DNA of 64,000 bases from Octopus vulgaris (lineage: Eukaryota). Below, piece by piece: positions 1-11,675 of this stretch. Position 1 is the first letter of the stretch, and each line of letters starts with the position of its first letter. The position numbers and the translations under genes were made by a program. The stretch lies in NCBI GenBank assembly GCA_951406725.2, contig OX597826.1:67890001-67954000 (forward strand), in the 5' to 3' direction. The notes under the pieces are model-generated. The model made no database searches, was not told the origin of the DNA, and saw only the letters and a list, made by a program, of their open reading frames with translations.

Positions 1-69
1 ACCGATTCTGAACGAGACTCGCAATCATACGCGTTATCACATCCCAGCTCTTCTCCATCTAGAGATCTC

Positions 70-305
70 TATTTCTTTACTACCCACAAGGGGCTAAACA
101 CAGAGGGGACAAACAAGGACAGACAAACGGATTAAGTCGATTATATCGACCCCTGTGCGTAACTGGTACTTAATTTATCGACCCCGGAAGGATGAAAGGT
201 TAAGTCGACCTCGGCGGAATTTGAACTCAGAACGTAATGGCAGAAGAAATACGACTACGCATTTCGCCCGGCGTTCTAACGTTTCTGCCAGCTCGCCGCC
301 TTGTA
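70..305 (-). mobile_element. tRNA-derived SINE, family A (monomer) with perfect 18-bp TSD
   Basis: Reverse complement starts GGCGGCGAGCTGGCAGAAACGTTAG (A-box-like) and has a GAGTTCAAATTCC B-box. It matches >15 other copies in the window. TCTCCATCTAGAGATCTC occurs at 52-69 and 306-323. Confidence 0.92.
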
Positions 306-884
306 TCTCCATCTAGAGATCTCAACCTAATCAGACACCTAAGATCGAGCTGTTGACCCACCGATTTTTCCGTGCAATTTTTAAAGTTGTGCTAATCGCC
401 TCCATCTGATTTGTGGCCGATTCAATTACGTTAACGTGGTTTGCATATGTTGGTATATTAATTCCGCAACTTAGTTCGCTCAGAATGTGTTCAATATCTC
501 TAGTTTCTGCTGCCGTGGCGCAAGCGTCAATACATACACAAAACGAGGGAGGATAATATTGACAAGTTGATGGCAAGAAATTGAGTGGTTTCGATAGGTA
601 GCTTCTCTGTACCGTTCTCAATCGCAACCGATGTAGCCACGTCCAAGTCGGGAGTAGCATTTATGCAACTCGTTGGCTGCCATACACATATAGAATTGCC
701 CCAAGTGTTTGTTTTTTTAGTTCTACAATCAAGATCTCTTTCCGGGAAAGGGAATTCCCCACGGAAAAATTAAAATAGCAACACTGCTCAACTACTCATT
801 TGGAACTACAATGCTTCCATTCATTAAGATGCTGGTATACTCACCGTGTTTGTTATCAAGACCGATACAAATTTTTACAAGAAT

Positions 885-943
885 GTCTGTATGCGTGTTT
901 ACATGTTTGTTTTTGTATATATGCGTGTATGTGTGTGTGTGTC

Positions 944-977
<34 letters not shown>

Positions 978-1065
978 TGTATGTATGTATGCATGTATTT
1001 ATGTATGTATGTATGTATGTATGTATGTATGTATGTATGTACGTGTGCTTGTATGAGTGTGCGTA
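885..1065. repeat. (TATG)n/(TG)n microsatellite
   Basis: Direct reading. Confidence 0.95.
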
Positions 1066-1357
1066 CATTGACATATCATGACATCATGAGAGAAATATAG
1101 CAACATTTTCTAAGGAAATATTTAAAGAAAAATAATTTGAAATATATTAACTCATTTGACATTATATGTAACATAATATTTTGTTATTTACTGTACTGAA
1201 ATCACGGAGATGTACTTGCATAGCAAGTGACCTGATCTGAGATCGTGTGCTGGAACGAAAACAAAAACCCTTAGATTCACTTCAACATTTAAATTTAATT
1301 TGTCAAAATAACGCGATATATAATGTTAAGAGCTTGCCATAAGAGTCTTAAATAAAG

Positions 1358-1720
1358 TCATTGTGCAGGACTTGAAACACTTTTGCTCCTTACATAAAAC
1401 TGGTCCTTAACAAAGCAGTATTCCACGCGGTGTGGTCCAGTGATGGTCGATGTTTGAAATTGGAATTTATTGCTTAACATGTCAAATCGTATTTGTTTCC
1501 CAGAATGAAATCTCCTTAACGAAAGGGGTATTTCTGAGGATTTGAATTGAATCCCGAGTATAAATGCCTCCTCTTATTTTGTAAATCCAGCACTAAAAGT
1601 CGTATCAATGATATGTAAGACATTTTTCAACCAGTGATGTTAGAGTCACAACATAAACGCAGTTTATGTTGCGTAGTACCATAATTACGGACTTATTTAA
1701 ACAATTCTGCTCAATAGCGA
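1358..1720 (-). pseudogene. Decayed Helitron Rep/Hel Pif1-type helicase C-terminal fragment
   Basis: Minus-strand translation: SVIMVLRNIN ... HIIDTTFSAGFTK*EEAFILGIQFKSSEIPLSLRRFH..RFDMLSNKFQFQT..TGPHRVEYCFVKDQFYVRSKSV. This is colinear with the Helitron helicase pattern PIMLLRNLN...VIEATILTG...VFIPRIPLIPSDLPF.FKRLQFP...FAMTINKSQGQT..GL.L...CFSHGQLYVACSRV. Stops and frameshifts present. Confidence 0.75.
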
Positions 1721-1750
1721 ACCACTTTCATCTGATCCGCAATAGCATCT

Positions 1751-1796
<46 letters not shown>

Positions 1797-1799
<3 letters not shown>

Positions 1800-1988
1800 A
1801 GATCGTTATCCAGTACACACATTTTTTTCTCTCCTTGTTTCTCTCCTTGTTTTTTCTTTGTACCTTTCTGTAGAAGAGCGTAGGCTAGAAACGCAAAAGA
1901 ATTTTTCTATTCCTGAGCGCTATACTAATACATCTGTTTGTTTTGTACACCACCTGTTTTCGCATTTTGTTTTTTCGTAAACTTTCGC
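1797..1988 (+). mobile_element. Short (TA)n-flanked element with degenerate minimal hammerhead motif (Penelope-like derivative, family H1)
   Basis: Flanked by TA tracts. 1864-1899 reads CTTT-CTGTAGA-A-GAGC-gtag-GCTA-GAAAC-GCA-AAAG: stem I CTTT/AAAG with three core or stem deviations. Confidence 0.6.
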
Positions 1989-2019
1989 TATATACATATA
2001 TACATACATAGCATTCCAA

Positions 2020-2200
2020 TTAAGAAGTATGAAACCCACAGAATTGTCCCCCCTTATTCACAGGAACTGGATAACTCCTACCCCATTTTCTGTTATGACA
2101 TATGAACATCCAATCTTCTCGAACAAAACACTTCACTAAAACACATCCTAATCCTTCAAAGAAGTTTTTCCATGGAATAATATTGAGCTTTATAGCTTAA
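2020..2200 (+). pseudogene. Possible very old mariner transposase C-terminal relic
   Basis: Frameshifted LS(P)PYSQELD...FLL..M resembles mariner HPPYSPDLAPSDYHLF; weak. Confidence 0.3.
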
Positions 2201-3390
2201 AGACGCTATGATTTATTGGTATACTTATTTATTAATTTTTGTATATATTTATTATTTTTCTGGAAAAAGACATTATAAATTTTCCCCCCTTCCTCATCAT
2301 ACACGAAGGTGTGGGCTTTATTGTATTGCGAAAGACGTGGTTAGAGGGACAGCCTTCCGGGCTGTGTTACAGGCCTTAGAAAACAACAGAAGGACCGATG
2401 AAATAAGTGTGAGAATATAAGAGGCGAATACGTTCAATAAAGTCATAATTAGCTAATCCCCCTGTATTGTCTTTTACTAAAAGTCAGCAACATTTCTGTA
2501 CAGGCTCGCGTATATGTATACATGTATATATGTATGTATGTATACATGCATACATACACACATATACGTATATCTACATATACATAATTACGAAACGAAA
2601 TCGTGTGTTTAAGAAACGTGTACCCACACAACTCTTTGTGTACCTTTCAGAAGATCGTAAATTTCTTATCATTTCCTATACTAAGGGGTCAAGAGATTGC
2701 TGACGTTTCGGGAGAAAACATTCGTCTGGGACAGAAAGACCAATATTTCATACATAAAAAAGCCAAAAAAAAAATTAACAGGAAAAAAGAAGCAATTTAT
2801 GAGCTTCATTAAACAATTTTTGGCCAATGCAGACGACTGCCACAATATTCTTCGTACATTGTCCGTATCTTTATATTTGTTATTCGTGATTTATAGACGT
2901 GTGAATACATTTTACATCTATAGACCATTTTGTACGGTACCTTGGCAGACTTTTCGAAATTAGTGTCCATTTTTCTACAGCAAATATTCCAAAGAAAAAA
3001 AAAAGAATATATAAGAAAAAATAAAACACTAATGCCAAAAAGTATATACATATATATCTCCAGATATTTTATTGGAATATAAAACCATTTCTTAACTTGT
3101 CTTACCAATTCCACTGACTGACAATACAGTATCAGAGATTCTCTTCTTTCTTAATGTTTCATATTTCTTTAGACCGTAAAAGTTGTGGTAATAAACATTT
3201 ACGCCATAAACGTGGAAGTAGCTGAAATTTTTTCTTCTGCAACTTGCAATCAAATCAAATCTCGGCTTTCGTCACACATACAGACACCTACCCTTGCGGA
3301 TACGCGTAAAAACTAATACTACACGCATATACGCCCCCACACTTACACACACACACACATACATACACACACACACATATATATATATAT

Positions 3391-3697
3391 CACCGTGATC
3401 ACCGTGACCGACCAGGCTATCAGATGTTTCTACACATCGCTGGTCACAATGCGCTTCGCATTGTTTTAGCCATTCAAATGACGCCACCCCGCTGGCTAAG
3501 CGAGCAGGCTAACATAAGAGCGAGAGAAAGTTGTGGCGAAAGAGTACAGCAGGGATCGCCACCATCCCCTGCCGGAGCCACGTGGAGCTTTAGGTGTTTT
3601 CTCTCAATAAACACTCACAAGGCCTGGTCTGGAAATCGAAACCGCGATCCTCCGACCACGAGTCCGCTGCTTAACCACTGGGCCATTGCGCCTCCAC
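3391..3697 (-). mobile_element. tRNA-derived SINE, family C head with tail type F
   Basis: Reverse complement GTGGAGGCGCAATGGCCCAGTGGTTAAG...GGTTTCGATTTCC gives A and B boxes. Head shared with 15925-16113 and 24496-24670. Tail 3391-3510 matches 21248-21360 in the opposite orientation. Confidence 0.88.
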
Positions 3698-4476
3698 ACA
3701 CATATATATATATACATACATGCATACATACGTATGTATGTATATATATAAACAGAGTTAGCGGTTATAGCAACCGACTATACTCGCGTTTAAGTATAGT
3801 CTGCATTCTGGTAATCTGATTAGAAACGGCTGTAAGATATGTTATGTCATGCTTTGTATTAATAAACAAGCTATAAATGTGGTCCAATCGATGTGTTGTT
3901 TAATCTATGGTCTTCTCCATTTTCTAATTATATATACATATATACATACATCCCTATCTATCTACTTATCTATCGATCTATCTATCCGTCTCTCTCTATA
4001 TATTTATATGCCAACATATCCTGCTTTCCAGCCAAGATGCAGGGCGTGAAATACTATCTTCAGTGATCTGATGCACATGCGAGATATTCCTTCAATATGC
4101 CTTTTTAAATATAAATACATAAACTGTTAATCAAAGTAGTTCAGGTTTAGTGCAAGCGTACAAATCATCAGCGTGGAGAGTAGTCTGAAAACATGTTCGC
4201 TTGCACGTTCGTCTATAATCTATCAAACCGTTGTGATGTCAGATTGAAATTCAACGATTTATGAGGAAGTGCAAACGATAAAATTCAATTTCGGCGAACG
4301 TCACTCGCATTTAGAATACTCGACCAGTGTCAGGAATTGAATTTTCGATACTATTTAGATACACATCACCATGTTTTCGTTTTTAAGGCAATGTGGTTAA
4401 TAACAGGTAATATCAGATTGCGCTAGTTAAATAAATATTGAACTAGTGCACAATCCAGCAATCCATTCAGTATATA

Positions 4477-4876
4477 TCTTTATATAAAAAAGTAAGGTTG
4501 TGTGTCTGTCTCCTACGATTTAGATTCCTAACTACTCCCACATTTTGCGGTGCAGTTTAACCAAAACCGGGTATCTTATAGACGTGATTCATATCGAGCC
4601 CTTCTGGGTATTAGCGCGCGTCTACGATGAGTCTACGATTTAAAAAAAAATTTACCATCATTTTTTTCCATTTTAATGCATTTTTTTCGCTATTATATAA
4701 GGGAAGTAACTCTCTAAAAATGTCTACCATGAGTCAACGATTTAAAAAAAAATTAACATAATTTTTTTTCCATTTTTGATGCATTTTTTTTTGCTATTTT
4801 TTGGCTATAACTCTCTAAAAATGCTTATGTAGTTATTTCCCTTACAAACCCGAGCAACGCCGGGTAATACTGCTAG
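4477..4876 (+). mobile_element. Non-autonomous Helitron (~400 bp)
   Basis: Begins TC after A and ends CTAG before T. Subterminal hairpin CCCG-AGCAACGC-CGGG at 4849-4864. Internal ~100-bp tandem duplication (about 4620-4700 and 4722-4800). No TSD. Confidence 0.85.
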
Positions 4877-5240
4877 TGTAACAATATTAACACATACAAT
4901 TTTGTCTGAAGCACTGCCGTGCAGTCACACCTGTAAAACATTACACATATTTTAAATTGCACTTCTTTAATATATATGTCCTATAAATTCCACACAGTCT
5001 TGGTTTTGTTGTTTCATTTTACTTAACTAGCATTGACAGTAACAGTCCATCAGCTAGTCTCATATATATATACATATATATATGTGTGTGTGTGTGTGTT
5101 TGTGTGGAGTACTTTTTTGTTGAATTTTCAGAGCATTATATTATTGTTCGGAAAAAATGTTCGTTTTATATATTTTTTATTTTTATTTTCTCGTTTATTC
5201 TTCTGTCCACGTCTTTTTCATGTCCTGTACCCATACTTGC

Positions 5241-5290
<50 letters not shown>

Positions 5291-5296
<6 letters not shown>

Positions 5297-5502
5297 AATG
5301 TGATCTCGTGTGTACCGTTGGCGATTGTTTTTCCTCTGTCTTCCCTTCTCTGGATTTTTCCTTCTTCTATGTTTCCGACGAAGACCATCGCTCGAAACGA
5401 TAAACCCTCCTTGTTCCCTTCCTTCCTGAGCGCCCAATAATACTATATTTGTTCCACGTCCTCGCGTCGCTGTGTTTTCTCTTTGTCTTTTCATGTTTGG
5501 AT

Positions 5503-5508
<6 letters not shown>
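5291..5508 (+). mobile_element. Short (TA)n-embedded element with minimal hammerhead-like motif (family H2)
   Basis: Lies between two long TA tracts. 5371-5405 reads GTTT-CCGACGA-A-GACC-atc-GCTC-GAAAC-GAT-AAAC. Second copy at 50360-50538. Confidence 0.75.
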
Positions 5509-5584
<76 letters not shown>

Positions 5585-5784
5585 GCGTATGCAGTTATGT
5601 CTGCATCTGTGTGCGTGTGATAGCATGTGTGTTTTCCTGCGGCAGCTGTCATTGTTGTTCTCATTCTTGTTCTCGTTGTAAACATTGTCTATTAATTTTG
5701 TGCGCAAGTTCTTGTTGTTATTGTAGCTGTTTATAGCTGTTGATTTTTCCTGATATTATTTATATCCTCAACGCCGTTCCCATA

Positions 5785-5823
<39 letters not shown>

Positions 5824-6489
5824 CATAGATCAATCACGTGGAAGAACTACGTACATGACACTCCGCTACTGGGAAGATTACTACGGTCAAAGTTCACTTT
5901 TCCACAATCTGTAAGTCGACGTCTTACTGCCATATTTTTTTTTGGTATTGATTTCACTGTTTTGTTTCGCTTTTGTTCTTTTTATTCTGCTTATTGCATT
6001 TCTTCTTTCTATCAGCATTTCATATCGTTGCTATTTTGTTGTGTGTTATTCCCCTTCATATCGTTGTATGTTTAATTGTTTCTCGTAGAGTTGCTGTCAA
6101 TCTCTTGCTTCTTTTGCTCAGCTTGCACAAGTCGTTTGTCGTCATTTATTTCTCGTATTGCAGTTCGAATGTTTCTATTGTTGTTCTTGTTATTGCCGAT
6201 GTTACTGATCTTCTTGATGAGAGCACAGATAGTTTTCTTAATTTAGAAACTGGTTTAATCATTTTTTGTCCTCTTCGCCTTTTCTTTGTTATTTTAATTT
6301 TGCTTTTAGATCTCTCGTTTGGTTATTTTGTTAGTGCGTCGAACAAAATTCAATGATATATTTAGTCATAGTTCTTTGCGTTCTATTTTCAAATATCACA
6401 AAATGTTGGCTTTGCTTGTCGTTCTTTGGCTTAGCATAATAACCTCGCAGTGAAGAACTGTGGTCATTTGTATCGACCAACACCTCCAC

Positions 6490-6612
6490 GCAAAATCGTT
6501 TAATCTTGGTCCTAACATCGCAGGTTCAAATCCCACAGAGAAATGCTTCGTTTTTCATCCATCCGAGGTCGATAAAATAAAAGTAACTGGAATCGATGAG
6601 ATTGAAAAACCC
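6490..6612 (+). mobile_element. Degenerate family-A-like SINE fragment
   Basis: GGTTCAAATCC B-box followed by TTTCATCCATCCGAGGTCGATAAAATAA. Confidence 0.6.
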
Positions 6613-6629
6613 TGTCACCTCACAATCAC

Positions 6630-7092
6630 CTTCATCATCATCATAATCATCATCGTCGTCGTCATTGTCGTCGTCATCGTCGTCAACGTCATCGTCGTCC
6701 TATTCTCATTCCTCCTCCACCTCATCATCACCATCGTCGTTGTGATTAACCTCATATTCATCATCATCGGCGTCGTTAGCATCATCATCATCATTATCAT
6801 CACCTTCGTCATCATCATCATTATCATCGTCTTCATCGTCATCATCGTCGTCGTCGTCGTCATCAACGTCATCATCGGCCTCTTCCTCCTCCTTCTCCTC
6901 CTCTTCCTCCAAATCATCATCACCATCGTCGTTGTCCTCGTCGTCAACCTAATAATCATCATCGTCATCATAGTTGGCATCATCATCATCATCATGATCA
7001 ACATTACCATCATTATCCTTATCGTCGTCGTCGTAGTCGCCATAATCCCCCTCCTCCTCCTCCTCCTCATCATCATCATCATCATCATCATC
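6630..7092. repeat. Compound (ATC/GTC/CTC)n trinucleotide tract
   Basis: Direct reading; source of the poly-I/V/D ORFs. Confidence 0.95.
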
Positions 7093-7502
7093 TGTAGTAA
7101 TCTTTTTATTGCGCACCTTCACTAAATAGGTCTACGTGTCTCGCAATTCATTTTGATAAGATTGGTTTTATAAATCATTAAAACACGGAATTGGAACCAA
7201 TCAATATTATAAACCTCATGCCATGTGTTGCATCAAAGCAAGTTGTTTAAATTTATAAACTGAAAAAGATTGACTACTTGTTTCGAAAGCAGTAAATCAG
7301 TATCATTTGAACGCATCACAATGAAATGGACGTAATTGATGTGTCTAGAGTATAAACTATATATATATAATATATATATATATATACTGTTAGATATTGT
7401 GTGAGTAGTATTAACTATATTTTAAGAAGGTCCTTTTATAACTTATGTCATCTAAATTGAGCGAAGTGAAGGGCTTTTACAAAAATAAATTTACAATGAT
7501 TA

Positions 7503-9126
7503 CACTGGGGAACATTTTAGAAAAAGCATTTTAGTTAGTCTTACCTAATATGATGTTGGGTTCAGAAATAACCCCAGAAATGTTCTATTAGTCAAGTTTT
7601 TTGTTAAACAGTAATTCATTTTATTACCAAAAAATGTTATTTTTGCCATTAAATGCGAGACTGAAATAAGAAACTTGCACAAACCAAATAGTACTGTTTT
7701 TTTTTTTTAACAGATATATTACGCAAAATATTTAATTACAAATCTCAGAATAGATATTTCTGTCAAATAGGAGTTAGAATTACTCAAGGAATTAACTTTC
7801 TCTTTGTTGCTTTATGTGAATAAATTGCATCATGACAGTCTCTTTGCAGTGTTCAGCTGTAGACATCACCCTGTTGGTGTTCTACCGGCCTTCATATCTA
7901 CTCCCCATTGCTTTAGGATTTTCAAAGAAGTACTCCAGATGACAGTGCACAAAATGCACATTTACACTCATGTTGCAGTTCATTGCTCGAAGATTGGTTA
8001 ACATGCTCTGCACAAAGATCTTCAGAATTTGATGGCTTCCTGTTTCTCAGGAAATCAGATACAACTGCAACAAAAGCATTCCATGCTTCTTTTTCAATGC
8101 CAGACATGGTCTCCAAAAATAGCTCGTCCTGCAATAGTCACCTAATATGTGGCCCCTTAAACGCCCCAACATTATTTTTTATCACAAGACAAAGCTAGAA
8201 ATTTACTGCTTAATTATTTAAATTATTTATAGCAGTCACTGTCTCAGTGTTTCAACACACGCTTTGCACACAATATGGGTTCCCCAAGCTTTGTCTTGTC
8301 GCCCAATTTCATGCTAAAGTAAGTAATCTGTGATTTTATTTCATTGCCTAATCCAGAAATAAGCTGAAGACACCGGGGCTCTTTTTACATTCCCTTCTCT
8401 CACAACTAGCTATATTTCTGAAATACAAAACATGTTCAAGCCAGTTGTCAGCTGGGAAAGCATTTTCAGAATAGCCAACAGTCATAAAGTAAGCAAATGC
8501 AGATTGTGATGGCAAAATTCCATAAAGAGCATACATACCATGAAGTTCTTTTTACAGTTTTTTGACACATGTAACCTCCCAATCAAAACATTAAGGGCAC
8601 ATTCAAAATACAAATTATCATAAGAAAGAGTTAAAAGTTCAACAAAACATGTATCATCTAGTTTGCAATATTAGTCACAGTAAATTAAGAAAAGCGTGGG
8701 CATAACTGCAGATAAATTCCGCAATTATGAGACTATGGCATCAAGAGCCACCAAAATATATTGTTCCTTAATATCTAATTGTATAAAGGACATTTGTATC
8801 ATCATCTGACATTTGAAGCTGGTTAGGTTGCAAATACTTAAAGTTGCTCATGATTTTTGTAGTTGTATTTGTTTTAAATGACATTGAAAAACTATATTTT
8901 CAAAGTTATGTCATGCTCCATACATGGGTTCGCGTTTTGTGAAATCAAAGCTATCCTTAGAAATGGTGACAACACCAGAAATGTTGAAAAGTGGACATCT
9001 GAGTTTGTGAAAAATCTTTACGTGATAGAGCAAAATGAATTTCATTTTTGAATTAAGCACCTCCGAATTAGTAGGAAAAATGTCTCAATGGGAAACATCA
9101 TACAACAAAAACTCTGTTCCCCAGTG
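7503..9126 (-). mobile_element. Internally deleted Chapaev3-type (CMC) DNA transposon
   Basis: Perfect 12-bp TIRs CACTGGGGAACA (7503-7514) and TGTTCCCCAGTG (9115-9126); flanks TTA and TTT. Minus-strand transposase relics: YFSMKLG(D)QDKAWGTHIVCKACVETLRQ (~8240-8325), GAFKGPHIR*LLQDELFLETMSGIEKEAWNAFVAVVSDFLRNRK, and NCNMSVNVHFVHCHLEYF (~7920-8170). Confidence 0.85.
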
Positions 9127-10419
9127 TTTTGTGTTTAAATAACTTTATTCGTGGCAGTTAACGTCTAAGTAACCTTTTGCTGTTTTCGTTAAAGGTATTT
9201 GCTTATGTAAATCAGAGTGAGTGATTTTGTTTCCTAAAGTATTTTTAAAGTATTCTATCCACTTCTAAACCTAATAATGTAATAATCTTAATAAAGGAAT
9301 TTCGGAAATATAGGCTTAAAGGCTTGGTAACACATTAGAAAAGAATTTGGACAATCTGTGGAGTCATTGAATTCCACATTAACCTACGAGCATTTGCTCA
9401 AAAATACGAAAAGCAACAATAAGGCCGTATTAGGTCACAAAATTGATCCTAGTTATATATATAATGTTTAATTTTATGTTTAATTCTTTACATCTATTTA
9501 AGAATATTTCTTGAAAGGCCTAATAATTGTAATAGAAGTAAATGAATAGCTTTTATAACTAATCGCTTTTACAACGATTAGCTATTTGTAAGGTATTTGT
9601 TATATAAATTATATAAGTTACGCGCAGCTGTTTCGGAAATAAATATTCTCGGAACTTCTGCTATTTACGAGGCCTTTTAGAGGATTTATCAAACAGCTAA
9701 GCTAATTATAGAGCACTTAACTGAGAAAGGATCTGACAATTATTACAAGAAAAGATGAAGCACCCACTATATCCTTAGGGAACTGTAGTGACTTGAATAG
9801 TACACCATTTTCTCACAATTAAAAGAAGCATCGTCGTTTGTTGAATAGGTCGAGTAAATCATATGAATGCTTCTTATAATAACACAATGATCACCAATGA
9901 AAAAGGAATTACTTTCAGTGGTCTGATTTTTACCATATTTCAAAATTCTCAAGTTGTTCCGATAGGGGTTACTGCACAATTTTCTACTTACAGATTAGAC
10001 ATTTGTCTTGGACATTTCCATAGCTGTTTCCATAAGAGGGTTCTGATTAACGGCTTAATTTACTGTATATGATAGTTTGCCAGCAGGCTGCTGGATGTAA
10101 AGACAAAGGACAATCCTGTTATCAATGTGCAACGAAAACATTTGCATTGATAACAGTCATGACGATTTATAAGTTTACAGTTTGTCAAGAAATGTGAGAC
10201 AAACCGTTAGAACATTATACAGAAATGAAGGAAAAAATAACAAACACAAAATAAAACTCCCGAACAAAATCAAAACTTTAAAAAAAGATGGAAGTCACGT
10301 TAAAGAAGACCCGAACTTACAAACGGTCTCGGTTGCATAATCTTATCAATATTTACTGAGAGCAGTTCTCATTTTTTTTCATAGATTACATTATTGTTAG
10401 CAGCAACAGCAGTAGTTCA

Positions 10420-10900
10420 GTGAGATGGCAGAATAGCCAGAGCATCGGTCAAAATGCTTAGTGTCTTTTATTCCAACTGTTTACATTCTGATTTCATATT
10501 TTGCCAATGTCGACTTCATCATTCATCCTTTCAGAATCGATAAATTAAAGTGTGAATCAAGTACTGGGACCCTTACAATTGACTTGCCCTTTCACTTCAG
10601 ATCTGTTGTCGTGCCAAACTTTGAAATAACACTTATTTCTTTATGTAGAAAATACAAATATGGTATTTCTCTTATAGATACGGAAGTGACAGAATCGTTT
10701 GTGTATTGCACAAATTGCTTAGCAGCATTTCGTCCAGCTCTTTACATTCTGAGTTCAAATGACGTCGATGTTAAAACTGCCATTCATCATTTCGGTGTTG
10801 ATAAAATAGAGTGCAGCCACGTACTAAGGATATTCTAGTAATCGACGAACGCCCTTCAACAGAAATCACTGGTCTTGTCCTAAAATCGAAAATGATTATT
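10420..10900 (+). mobile_element. Two diverged family-A SINE copies (about 10420-10630 and 10680-10900)
   Basis: TGGCAGAAT..., TTCTGAGTTCAAAT, TTCATC(C/A)TTTC..GATAAA motifs. Confidence 0.7.
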
Positions 10901-11064
10901 TAGAGCTGAATTAGCAAGTAAAAACAACAAATCACCTTCGAGATTCAAGTACGTATATTATGTTTACAGATAAGTTCACCTGTAATCAAATCACAGCAGG
11001 AAAATTTTTCAGCCATCAATTCACCGAGAGGAAAGTTCAAGGAGAAATTTTATCCATAATATCT

Positions 11065-11675
11065 CATGTTCAAACTAGCTACCTTTGGCTTCTCACACCA
11101 ACCCTATAATGTAATTCTAAAAAATAAACTATCACGCCGTCGAATTCCCAAAGCTATGAAATAATCCTTTCTACTATAGGTACGAGGCCTGAAATTCTTG
11201 GGGAAGGGGCACTAGTCAATTACATCGACCTCGGAAGGATGAGAGGCAAAGTCGACCTCGGCGGGAGTTGAACTCAGAACGTAAACACGGGCGAAATGCC
11301 ACGCAGCATTTTGACCGGCGTGCTAACGATTTTGCCAGCTCACCGCCTTTCAAAGCAATGAAATAATATTTTCTACTCTATGCAGAAGGCCCGAAATTTT
11401 AGGGGAGAGGGCCAGTAGATTAGATTGACCCCAGTACACAACTGGTACTTAATTTATCGACCTCGAAAGGATAAAAGGCAAAGTCGATTTCTCGGCAGAA
11501 TTTGAACTCAGAACGTATAGACAGACGAAATGCCACTTAGCATTTAGCCCGGCGTGCTAACGATTCTGACAGTACGACGCCTTCCAAAGCTATGATATAA
11601 TGCATGATTAATTCAAAACAATGTGAATGCATTACCATTGCATTTGGCCGATTAATATGGACGCTAAAGGGTTAA
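11065..11675. mobile_element. Probable piggyBac-type non-autonomous element end hosting two SINE insertions
   Basis: Ends in ...CTAAAGGG followed by TTAA (11664-11675); the other end was not found. Confidence 0.35.
11166..11584 (-). mobile_element. Two adjacent family-A SINEs (11166-11350, 11368-11584)
   Basis: Both match family A reverse complement. Separated and flanked by three copies of CAAAGC(T/A)ATGA(A/T)ATAAT. Confidence 0.88.

Noticed and set aside
331-660. 109-aa ORF in non-repetitive sequence
   Set aside because: No recognisable motif, splice context or TE similarity by eye.
2690-2740. Minus-strand CAGACGA...CGAAACGTC hammerhead-like motif
   Set aside because: No stem I or stem II pairing can be drawn; at best a badly decayed copy.
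9620-9690. Minus-strand GAAACAGCTG with upstream CTCTAAAAGG, resembling a long-stem HHR
   Set aside because: Core CUGANGA and cleavage triplet are not recognisable.
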